Of a stretch of DNA of 64,000 nucleotides, positions 40,088 through 48,571 are shown in pieces; within the stretch, counting starts at the first letter, position 1, and every line of letters begins with the position of its first letter. The DNA lies in the NCBI GenBank assembly GCA_963748825.1, contig CAVVKN010000006.1, positions 64,001-128,000 on the forward strand, written 5' to 3'. This DNA is from Methanotrichaceae archaeon (lineage in GTDB: Archaea > Halobacteriota > Methanosarcinia > Methanotrichales > Methanotrichaceae). A program made the position numbers and the translations under genes. The notes beneath the pieces are model-generated. The model did no database searches. It had not been told where the DNA came from and worked only from the letters and a program-made list of their open reading frames with translations.

Positions 40088-42034
40088 CTATCCCGCTCCG
40101 AAAACAAACCCCACTTCCTTCCACGCCTTCTCCAGCAGCTTCCCGTAATACCCGGCATCGAACACCGACGCCGTCCTCTCCGGCTCCACCTCCCACTTTT
40201 TGGCATCCTTTATCACGTAGCCTATCTCCATTCCCGGTGCCAGGGGAATCCCTTGCTTCAGGTGAGCCTGCACCGCCGAGGCTTCAGCACACCTGCGAGA
40301 ATAGCTCAGCCTGCTAACCCTGCGATGAATGGCCAGCTCCCGGACGTCAGCCTCTCCCAGTTCCGCCATGTACCTTCTGGCAACGCCTCGGGCCCTGGGC
40401 TCTATCCACTTCAGCTCCTCCCGGCTCCTCGCTTCACCCAGGACCTCGAACAGCTCTTTCTGCATGCGGAGCACATATTCGGGCGTGTCTCCCTTGCGGG
40501 CCATCACGCCCCGGATCTTCATCTTGCCCGTGTCCAGCCGCCCAAAGTAGCGGTTGTAGGCACCCGAACCGTCAGCCATGGGCAGGAAGGCGATCCAGTC
40601 GTAGGAGTCCACCTCCGTCAGGATGCCTGTCTCCCTCTCCACGGTCTCCTTGAAGCTCGCTATGGGCTCGCCTATAACCCATAAACAGTCCACAATGCCA
40701 TGCAGAACCTCAAAGTTAATGTCCTCAGCCAGTTCCTTGATCTGCATGAGCAGCTCCCTGGAGATGCCTGTGATCCTCTCATGCACCTGTATCTGGCCGA
40801 ACTTGGCGTTCCTGTAGCCGGTGTAGCCGAAACAGGTTACCAGCATCCATTTCAGGACCGAGTCTATGCCGGCGTAATCCGGGTTGGTCTTCTTCAGCCT
40901 CTTGGTCTCAATGCGCAAATTGAGCAGCGAGGAGAGCACGGTGCTGAGAAAGCCCTTCAGCTCCGGGTGTTCGATGGTTTCTGGGGAGAGGTTGTACTTC
41001 ACGATGATCGAGGGGTACAGGGAGGTGAAGTCGATCTGGTGGACCTTCTCGTACACGCCCGGTTCAGGCTGGAAGATCATGCCTCCCTTGTCGCAGGCCC
41101 TCAGCTCGGAGATATTCCTCAGGCCCTCTGCGTCCCGTTTCCGAAAGGGCACGGCCACGCCCCGACGCAGCGCCTCGAAGACCTCGTAGCTGGAGATGAG
41201 CGTGCCTGGAGTGAAGCGGGAGGTGAGATTCGGGGAGAGGCCGGAGAGCCGGGAGGCCATGAGGACGCCCTTCAGGCCGCTCTCGGCATAGACGAAGCTC
41301 TTGGAGGTGTCTATCAGCACCCTGCCCTCGGGGATGAGAGCGCCGTCCTTATGGTTGACTTTTCCATAGCTCCAATAGGATTTGGAGGCCATCGGCTTGA
41401 AGAAGCCAGTGCGGCTGATGGTCGGCTCCAGGCCGTACCTCCTGGCCTTGCGAACTATGAGCGGAATCCAGGTATCGGCATTGGGGCAGAGAATCAAATC
41501 CGGATCATGGGCCTTGATCAGCTCCAGGAGATCGGAGAGGACCTGTCTCTCAGATCCTTCCAGCCTCCGCTTGCGGCCATTGAGGACCTCGACACGGGAG
41601 ATCTCTCTAGGCATAGAAGGATCTCCGGCCACCTTAAGCTCAAGGCTGGTCAGAGGGATCTCAAAATCTGGCGAGAACCGGGACTCGTCTCTGTCTCCAC
41701 AGGGGAAGAGGTCGTGCTCGGCCATGTAGCGCTGGTCCTGGCGGACGTCCACGTTATAGAGCTCGACCTGATGGTGGGTTTGGATCTCGATCTTCTCGGC
41801 TACTTTGCGGCTGGCGTAGATTCTGTGGCCCTGGAAGGTGCCGAAGATGGTTCTGAAGCTGCACTCCTCCGCCTTGAAGCGGTTCTCCAGGGCCTCGATC
41901 ATCTCCCTGTGAGCAGAAGGGTCCTTGAGGTGCATGTAGAACGAGGGAGGATAGGCGGCGCTGGCTTTGGTTAGTCCTCTCTCCCGGCCCCACAGCTCCA
42001 CACAGCCCTTGTAGTAAGAGTCGAAAATCCACAT
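40088..42034 (-). CDS. polB2: Family B DNA polymerase, PolB2 group
   Basis: Motif A DFTSLYPSII, motif B KWMLVTCFGYTG, altered motif C HGIVDCLW, degenerate exonuclease; DKGGMIFQPEPG. Confidence 0.92.
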   Translation of the reverse strand: MWIFDSYYKGCVELWGRERGLTKASAAYPPSFYMHLKDPSAHREMIEALENRFKAEECSFRTIFGTFQGHRIYASRKVAEKIEIQTHHQVELYNVDVRQDQRYMAEHDLFPCGDRDESRFSPDFEIPLTSLELKVAGDPSMPREISRVEVLNGRKRRLEGSERQVLSDLLELIKAHDPDLILCPNADTWIPLIVRKARRYGLEPTISRTGFFKPMASKSYWSYGKVNHKDGALIPEGRVLIDTSKSFVYAESGLKGVLMASRLSGLSPNLTSRFTPGTLISSYEVFEALRRGVAVPFRKRDAEGLRNISELRACDKGGMIFQPEPGVYEKVHQIDFTSLYPSIIVKYNLSPETIEHPELKGFLSTVLSSLLNLRIETKRLKKTNPDYAGIDSVLKWMLVTCFGYTGYRNAKFGQIQVHERITGISRELLMQIKELAEDINFEVLHGIVDCLWVIGEPIASFKETVERETGILTEVDSYDWIAFLPMADGSGAYNRYFGRLDTGKMKIRGVMARKGDTPEYVLRMQKELFEVLGEARSREELKWIEPRARGVARRYMAELGEADVRELAIHRRVSRLSYSRRCAEASAVQAHLKQGIPLAPGMEIGYVIKDAKKWEVEPERTASVFDAGYYGKLLEKAWKEVGFVFGAG

Positions 42035-42038
42035 ATGT

Positions 42039-42272
42039 CTATTTTTCTCGCCCCATCTCTAGCTCCCTCAACAGCTCCACCAGCACCGAAAACACAGCCG
42101 CCTCCAGCGGGTCATCAAGTGCATAGAAAGCCTCACTGGAGTGCTTCTTGGCCATCTCTGCCACCTTTTGCCCGTAAACCTGGTCCTCCTTCTTCAGGGC
42201 CCGGCTGGCCTTCAGCCATCTGGCAGAGACATCCTTCACGCCCATCCTCACGCTCTCGAAACTTCGTCCCAT
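42039..42272 (-). CDS. Small helical PolB2-associated protein (arCOG07300/PPB2-like)
   Basis: MGRSFESVR...W....RALKKEDQ...A..H.......DPLEAAVFS.L.E directly upstream of polB2. Confidence 0.8.
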   Translation of the reverse strand: MGRSFESVRMGVKDVSARWLKASRALKKEDQVYGQKVAEMAKKHSSEAFYALDDPLEAAVFSVLVELLRELEMGREK

Positions 42273-42274
42273 AG

Positions 42275-42493
42275 CTACTCCCCCAGGCAGAACGTCGCCG
42301 GCCACCGCCCTTCCTCGCGCGCCTCGTGCCCGCTCTCCTCCAGCCTGCTTTTTATCATCTCTTCCACCTCTCCTGGCCGAGCGTGGAAGACCTCCGCCAG
42401 TATCTCCTTGGCCGTCTCCAGCTCCTGGGCTCTGACACTGATCGCCCGCCTGGGCTCAATCGGCCGGGCCTGCTGCTTCCAGGGCCACCTCAT
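42275..42493 (-). CDS. 72-aa unknown protein within the PolB2 operon
   Basis: ATGA overlap with upstream stop; conserved paralog at 50614-50853. Confidence 0.75.
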   Translation of the reverse strand: MRWPWKQQARPIEPRRAISVRAQELETAKEILAEVFHARPGEVEEMIKSRLEESGHEAREEGRWPATFCLGE

Positions 42494-43002
42494 GAGTAAG
42501 CCTCCAGCGTTCTCTGGTTCTCCCTCGCCCGCGGGTGGGCTTTGGCCACCAGCCGTGGAGTTTCACGGGGGCCTTCTTCAAAGTAGAACACCCGGTCGGC
42601 ATTCTGCACCAGGTCCTCGAAGAAAGGGTCAATCCCCGGGGCGTAGAGCAGCACGGCGGCCTCTTTTGCGGCATCGCTCAGTGCATGGGAGACGTACTCG
42701 GTCATCTCTCGGGCATCCTCGTAGAGGAGAGGGTCATGCTCGATGAGAATCAACGAATGATGGGCCTCCTCCAGGATGGTCATGAGCTGGAAGACGGTAA
42801 ATCCCCGGCGGATTTCCAGGACCTCAAACCTGCGGTCCAGCCTGGAAAGGATGGCGGAGGAGTTGCCGGTGACGTAGAGCACCTTGAACCGTTGCAGGTT
42901 AAGGTTGCGATTCAGGGCCTGGATGAACATCTCCCTGGGAGCCGTCAGGGCATTGAAGGACCGGGACCGGAGGGAGACCGTGGGAAGAAGCTCGAAGTCC
43001 AT
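42490..43002 (-). CDS. Truncated, inactivated RadA/RecA-like protein (iRadA-like) heading the PolB2 operon
   Basis: VLYVTGN, IRRGFTVFQL, LILIEHDP, ADRVFYF resemble the RecA core without Walker A; known PolB2 neighbourhood. Confidence 0.7.
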   Translation of the reverse strand: MDFELLPTVSLRSRSFNALTAPREMFIQALNRNLNLQRFKVLYVTGNSSAILSRLDRRFEVLEIRRGFTVFQLMTILEEAHHSLILIEHDPLLYEDAREMTEYVSHALSDAAKEAAVLLYAPGIDPFFEDLVQNADRVFYFEEGPRETPRLVAKAHPRARENQRTLEAYS

Positions 43003-43044
43003 GCTTAAAGGCTGGAGCTACGGGGATATGAGGGCGAGCCGGGA

Positions 43045-43057
43045 GCGGGGCGAAAGT
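43045..43057 (-). promoter_or_regulatory. ACTTTCGCCCCGC motif upstream of the PolB2 operon
   Basis: 43 bp upstream of ATG; identical to the motif upstream of radA. Confidence 0.55.
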
Positions 43058-43215
43058 GTATATGAATGCAGGTGGGGAAATATCAATTCACGCTCGGGGA
43101 GTTTTAGCCGTGTTGAGGCGTTAGGAGCGAAGAGAAAGATCACCTAAACACAAACGCCACACCCTATCATGCCTTCTCCAGTATAACAGTCGAAAAACCT
43201 CTTTTCACTAGATTC

Positions 43216-44604
43216 CTAAAGTGTGCCCTTTGGTGGCCCTGAGTCCTTCGTCTTCAGGACCAGCATGGCCTCTTTGATTGATTCCAGGTCCCTTTGCGCC
43301 TGCTCATGATAGAGCGGGTAGCTCTCCTCGGTGTAAATCTGAAGAGCATCCTGGCAGGACGAAAGCGCCATTTCCAAGTTTTTCTCCCCATCCAGAACGG
43401 CGGCCAAAGCCTGGTAGGCTTTCGCCAGGTTAATCTTCAGATTGGCATAGTCCAATGGGTACTCTTCCAGGTTGTACACCTGAAGCGCCTCCAAAGAAGC
43501 GGCGATTGACTTTTCCAGGCTCTCCTCGGGATCAATAATCTCAGATTGCAGCAGGTAGACATAGCCCAGATTGACCTGGACGGTGGCCCGAGCGAGAGGG
43601 TACTTGTCCGAATCGAAAATCTTGAGGGCCTCCGTGTAGGAGATAAGTGCCCTGTTCAGGTTCGCCTCCCGATCCCTGGCCTCGGAGAGGTAGGTGTATG
43701 AGATGCCCAGGTTGATTTGGATATCGGCATAATCGCGAGGATATGTCTCCAGGGTTCTAATCTCCAGGGCCTTCTGGTAGGCCAGGATAGACAGGTTCAG
43801 GTTCGCCTCCCGATCTCTGACCTCCGAGAGAATCTGATAGGCGCTGCCGAGGTTATACTGAATGTTCGCAAAATCCTCAGGGTATCTCTCCAGAGTGTAT
43901 ATTTTAAGCGCCTCGCCATAGGCCTGCACGGATCTGTTGAGGTTATGCTCCTTGTTCCTCACCTCAGAAAGGAGCTGGTAGGCGCTTCCCAGGTTGTTCT
44001 GAACAGAGGCATGTTCTATTGGATGACTTTTTGGATCGAGAGCTGAAAGGGCATGCAGGAAATGATCAATGGCAAGGTCCAGGTTCGCCTGCTTTTCCCT
44101 CACATCTGCTAGGTACATGTAGGCTTTCCCGAGGTCGTTTTCACAATTCGCATGCTCTGCAGACATTACCTTCTGCCCATGGCCTGAGAAGGCATCAAGC
44201 GCATCCTCATAGCAGAATATGGATTTCCGCATATTTAGTTCAGTATCGCGAATGCTGGACAGAAAGCAGTAGGCGTTTCCCATTGTCTGGTACAATTTGC
44301 CATATCCTATAGGTGCTCTGGATTTCAGGTTTGGCTCCTGTTTAAGTGCCTCTTCGCAAAATTTTATGGATTCCTCATACTCTCCAGATTCAAGAAGGAA
44401 GTTCGCACGCTCTATAAGAGAAGCCATCTGTTCCTCTAGCTTCTGTTTATCTGCATCCTGCGAGTTCATGATCATCGTCTGATTTAGCAAGATGCCGCCT
44501 ATCAACGAAGTGATTAGGCCTATCCAGAAAGCGTTGCCCGCAACCTTTCTTCTGGTCTGGAGCAGATATGATGAAAGCTTAAGGATCTCTTCCCAGGCAA
44601 GCAT
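43216..44604 (-). CDS. Membrane-anchored tetratricopeptide repeat protein
   Basis: N-terminal TM helix; ~47-aa repeats YP.DYA..Q.NLG.AY..LSEVRD.E.NL..S...Y..AL. Confidence 0.88.
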   Translation of the reverse strand: MLAWEEILKLSSYLLQTRRKVAGNAFWIGLITSLIGGILLNQTMIMNSQDADKQKLEEQMASLIERANFLLESGEYEESIKFCEEALKQEPNLKSRAPIGYGKLYQTMGNAYCFLSSIRDTELNMRKSIFCYEDALDAFSGHGQKVMSAEHANCENDLGKAYMYLADVREKQANLDLAIDHFLHALSALDPKSHPIEHASVQNNLGSAYQLLSEVRNKEHNLNRSVQAYGEALKIYTLERYPEDFANIQYNLGSAYQILSEVRDREANLNLSILAYQKALEIRTLETYPRDYADIQINLGISYTYLSEARDREANLNRALISYTEALKIFDSDKYPLARATVQVNLGYVYLLQSEIIDPEESLEKSIAASLEALQVYNLEEYPLDYANLKINLAKAYQALAAVLDGEKNLEMALSSCQDALQIYTEESYPLYHEQAQRDLESIKEAMLVLKTKDSGPPKGTL

Positions 44605-44814
44605 GGTTTCCTACAGGCACATTTTTATTATCATGATCATTCTTGATGAAACTATATAATTTTTAGCTTGAGGAGGAGGCAAAATATTAAATACATTTAA
44701 TCAAAAAAATTGCAAGATATCACTTTATACTTTGGGGCAGCCCATTTCAGAGGATTCCAATTAACTTCTAATTTTACTACATCTTTATAAATTATATATA
44801 TGATATACTCTGAT

Positions 44815-45171
44815 TTAGCCCATTTTGGATGGATTTTTGGAAGGCTTCTTCGTAGTTCCCTTCAATGGTCGCTTCTTGCAAGGCCGTCCTGCTAAACCGA
44901 ACATCAGCGTCAAAACTCCTTCTTCAGAATATTCCCACTTAAAACTCTCATCCCCCAGATCTGTCTCCACAGGAAACGACATATCCCAAGGCTCCAATCC
45001 TGGCCCGCTAATGCAGAGGCCAGTAGGATATTGCATGAGTTCAAGATCTTCCAAATTAAAGCCTGGAAGGTCCAGTTGGACTATGTATTCCCCCTCCGTG
45101 CAATATTTTCTGATAATCTTTATTTTCTTGAGCTTTTTAACAATCCTTTTCACTTTTTCAGCCTCGGCCAT
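44815..45171 (-). CDS. Divergent Hsp20/alpha-crystallin-like protein
   Basis: YIVQLDLPGF..EDLEL, Y..GVLTL; basic tail. Confidence 0.55.
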   Translation of the reverse strand: MAEAEKVKRIVKKLKKIKIIRKYCTEGEYIVQLDLPGFNLEDLELMQYPTGLCISGPGLEPWDMSFPVETDLGDESFKWEYSEEGVLTLMFGLAGRPCKKRPLKGTTKKPSKNPSKMG

Positions 45172-45224
45172 AGAAACACCATGATTGTATATGATATTCC
45201 CTTTAAAGCTTTTTTGTCTTAGAA

Positions 45225-47282
45225 CCCATCTTCGTCAGATTCAAACCAAAAACGCTAGCTATAAAACCTACGCTTTTTTAAGGTCTGTTCTACATCCCCT
45301 CCGCACCGATTGATCTCAAGTAGCTACTCTGTGCTAGATAGCTACAATTAAATAGTTCCATTATTCTCTTTTGATCAGATGTTAGAGGCATGAGTCTTAT
45401 TCCGCTGCGGTTTGTACCATTTATACTCACTTTCCCCAGTTCGCATCTACTCAGTGTTTTGTGAACTTTTCTCGCGCTGCCAACCTCATCGATCGGTCTT
45501 TCTCTGAGCTTGTTTGTGATGGTCATATCCAACAAATAGGATAGGATGCATATCGTGTAGTGAGCGCGAACATGCTCGTCGGTGTAGACAAAAGTCGGCT
45601 GGAACTTAAGAAATGATTTAACTTCTTTAAACGCCTCTTCGATTTGATTCTTGCCCCGATAAGCAGAAATGAGTTCCTCCGGACCAAGCCGACACTCTTC
45701 AGGTCCTACAGTGTCGGAGATGTTTGTAACGATCATCCAGATTCCATCCCTCAGTTGAGCCTTTTGAATATCGTTTGTCTTTCTCCAGTATTCGAGGTTA
45801 AAACTCGATACTTGTGAGTTATTTTTCCCATCAAGATTTTCATTTTCAAGGCTGTATCCCACATAACTTCTCATCTTTAGCTTCTCAAGTTTTTCATCGA
45901 TCCTCTGTTCGGTAGGCTTCAGCCTCCTGCTTTTCTTTGCGTTCAGAAGTTCTTCTTTTTCCTTCTTCAGATCCTCAAACGCTATTTCGATGAGCTTTTG
46001 CCTTGTCTTTCGCTGCGCCCTAAGAAGATCCAAATTGAAGACCAATACATGGCGCCTGCCACTGCAATCCACTCCCAGATCTTCATAGTATGTGGAATCG
46101 TCATATCTGGACAGACCCTTCGAAACAATCTCCTCTTTTGTAGTATCCTCTGAAAAACTCTCGAACCTCCCCAGGTTGGCGCCATCGATTCCAGCAAGCT
46201 GGTCCTTGTCCAACGCGGTGATGTAAAGATAATTGTCGCTCTCCTCTAGATACCGGAGATTTTCGTCAGAGACCATTCCGCGATCAAAAACCATGATGAG
46301 TCTCGGAAACTTGAACCGTTGCATCCACCGGATGGCGTTTCCCTTTAGCGTTCTGACATCGGATGTGTAATCCTCAAGGATGTCCCAGGAAAACGGATAT
46401 CCTTCAGAGTTGACGAGCAGGGAAAGAATAATCCGCTTTTCCTTGAATCCATGGGCCTTAGTTCGACCTGGTTTCGCAAGCGAACACTCTTGCCCCTCAA
46501 AATATGAGTCAGAGAGATCGAAAAAGATAATTCGCATGCTTTCTTCGGATCGGTCCATCAGCTTCTGGTAAAGCCACTGCTCAATCGCTTCCTTTTGCTG
46601 CTCAATCGCGGTGAGTTCTCGATAAATCCGGGATTCGTTGAAATACCCCCCATCTATCCCGATAATGCTGTCACAAGCAGTTGTTCCAAGCCATTCCACT
46701 GCAGATAAATAACTTCCAGGGTCTAGGCATCTGTAAATAGTGAGAATTTTGGCTACATCGGCAGTAGAAATTCCCTTCCTCCGGGTTTTGCTTGTCTCTT
46801 CGGGTAACGGGAATATACTCGATAGACCCCATTCTTTATCCCATAAATGGTTCAGAAAAGCCACATCAAGATAACGCCAATGGTCTTCGAAGAGCAGTTC
46901 ATCAAGTGAGACAACAAATGTGTCTGCGGATTGTGTAATTTTTAGGGCATTGCGTATCTGCTGAGCTTGCTGCGGTGTGAGACATCCAAGATAAGATAGC
47001 ACTTTCTTTTTATTCTTTCCATCCTCTCGATAGGACTCTGCAATGGAATAGTACGTGTAAGTTTTTTCGTCCTTCTTCCGTGAGTGTGATTGTAGGTACA
47101 TGGTCTGTTCTCACTTATTGGTTTGTAACAGCATGTATAAATGCTTTTCTGTTAAAAGTCTGTTCTACAAAATTTTTTTTAATGATTATTTTTTAAAAGA
47201 GAATTCGATAGCTTCAAAGACATTGGGCGGCTATTAAAACACAAAAAATTAGTAATCTACGCGGGAATCTGGAGAACATGGG
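45225..47282 (-). mobile_element. IS1634-family insertion sequence
   Basis: Terminal IRs CCCATCTTCGTCAGATTC / revcomp CCCATGTTCTCCAGATTC (15/18); 6-bp TSD TTAGAA at 45219-45224 and 47283-47288. Confidence 0.9.
45290..47101 (-). CDS. IS1634 family DDE transposase
   Basis: FFDLSDSYFEG, VFDRGMVS..N, Y.....IEEAFK..K, HVRAH..IC.L. Confidence 0.92.
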   Translation of the reverse strand: MYLQSHSRKKDEKTYTYYSIAESYREDGKNKKKVLSYLGCLTPQQAQQIRNALKITQSADTFVVSLDELLFEDHWRYLDVAFLNHLWDKEWGLSSIFPLPEETSKTRRKGISTADVAKILTIYRCLDPGSYLSAVEWLGTTACDSIIGIDGGYFNESRIYRELTAIEQQKEAIEQWLYQKLMDRSEESMRIIFFDLSDSYFEGQECSLAKPGRTKAHGFKEKRIILSLLVNSEGYPFSWDILEDYTSDVRTLKGNAIRWMQRFKFPRLIMVFDRGMVSDENLRYLEESDNYLYITALDKDQLAGIDGANLGRFESFSEDTTKEEIVSKGLSRYDDSTYYEDLGVDCSGRRHVLVFNLDLLRAQRKTRQKLIEIAFEDLKKEKEELLNAKKSRRLKPTEQRIDEKLEKLKMRSYVGYSLENENLDGKNNSQVSSFNLEYWRKTNDIQKAQLRDGIWMIVTNISDTVGPEECRLGPEELISAYRGKNQIEEAFKEVKSFLKFQPTFVYTDEHVRAHYTICILSYLLDMTITNKLRERPIDEVGSARKVHKTLSRCELGKVSINGTNRSGIRLMPLTSDQKRIMELFNCSYLAQSSYLRSIGAEGM

Positions 47283-47315
47283 TTAGAAGGACGAGCTTGT
47301 GGCGAGAGGCTGACT

Positions 47316-48017
47316 ATGGAGTACGGGAAGGGCTTTCGCCGCAGCAATGTGTTTCACATGATCCGTTTTGCCGAGGTCTTCGATGATGCCAGGATAGTCC
47401 AGACACTGTCTGGACTGTTGCCTTGGTCCCATTTCATCGAAATCATTTATCAGAAGGACCCTCTGCAGCGCCAGTTTTACGCCGAGATGGCCGGGGTGGA
47501 ACGCTGGAGCGTGCGAACGCTGCGCCAGAAGATCCAGGGCATGCTTTACGAGCGCACTGCCATCTCCCGCAAGCCGGAGGTGCTGGCCAGGCAGGAGCTG
47601 GAGAGGTTCCTGCTGGAGCTGGGCACAGACTTCTCCTTCATAGCCCGTCAGAAGCGCATGACCATGGGCGACCGGGACTTCTACCTCGACCTGCTTTTCT
47701 ACCACCGCAGCCTGCGCCGATTGGTGGCCATTGAGCTGAAGCTGGGCAGCTTCGATCCAGCCAACAAGGGCCAGATGGAGCTCTATTTGCGCTGGCTGGA
47801 CAGGTATGAGCGCCGGCCGGGAGAGGATATGCCCATAGGACTGATCCTGTGTGGCGAGAAGAACCGGGAGCAGATAGAGCTGTTGCAGCTTGATCGGGGC
47901 GAGATCAGGGTGGCCGAGTACCTGGTGGAGCTGCCGCCCAGGGAGATGCTGGAGGCGAAGCTGCATGAGGCCATACGGCTGGCGAGAGGGCAGGTGGAAA
48001 GGGGCGTAGAGAGCTGA
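47316..48017 (+). pseudogene. DUF1016/YhcG PD-(D/E)XK nuclease, 5'-truncated and internally deleted
   Basis: EYGKGF, LPWSHF, WSVRTL, FLLELG..F.F, DLLFYHR.LRRLVAIELK, GQMELYL; lacks N-terminus and the usual DPY..DFL segment. Confidence 0.75.
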
Positions 48018-48571
48018 AGGAGGATGCCTGAGCCCTGTAGTCAAGGCCAGGCTGTGCGATGGAAACGCCCTTCAGGAGGTTCTTGCAGTTTCCTGGCCTG
48101 CGCCCCCTCAGGATTACTGACGGCATCGGTCTCCCGCCGCCGGGTGTCATGTTTTTGGGAACTACTGAACCCGTTTCTAAGAGACGCCACGTGAGTTCTA
48201 CTTAGAGTAACTCAATAATCAGGTCTATAAAGATGAACATGAATTGAGTACTAGAAGTAATTGAGGAGGAACGCAATTGATTAACAAATTTGTTTTAACC
48301 GGAATATTGTTTTGCCTTCTACTACTGCCTTGCGCTTACGGTTTAAGTGAAAGGATGAATTTAAATTATTATATTGACCATCTAAATGATGATAATCTAA
48401 CTCGAATAGAAGCTATAACCCATATAGGCGACCTAGGTGACGTTCGAGGTACAGATGCATTAATTATTTCTCTTCGATCGGACGGAGATTGGAGGGTTAG
48501 GTCTGCCGCTGCAAGAACTCTTGGGAAGATTAGCGATAAAAACGCAGTTGAGCCTTTGATCTATTCACTTA

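Noticed and set aside
40700-41974. 424-aa ORF on + strand
   Set aside because: Antisense shadow of GC-rich polB2; similar shadow ORFs over metG, marker 14, amidohydrolase and others ignored
40088-42034. PolB as casposon, pipolin or viral protein-primed polymerase
   Set aside because: Motifs and neighbours fit PolB2; no Cas1-like casposase, integrase, capsid genes or island-terminal inverted repeats found
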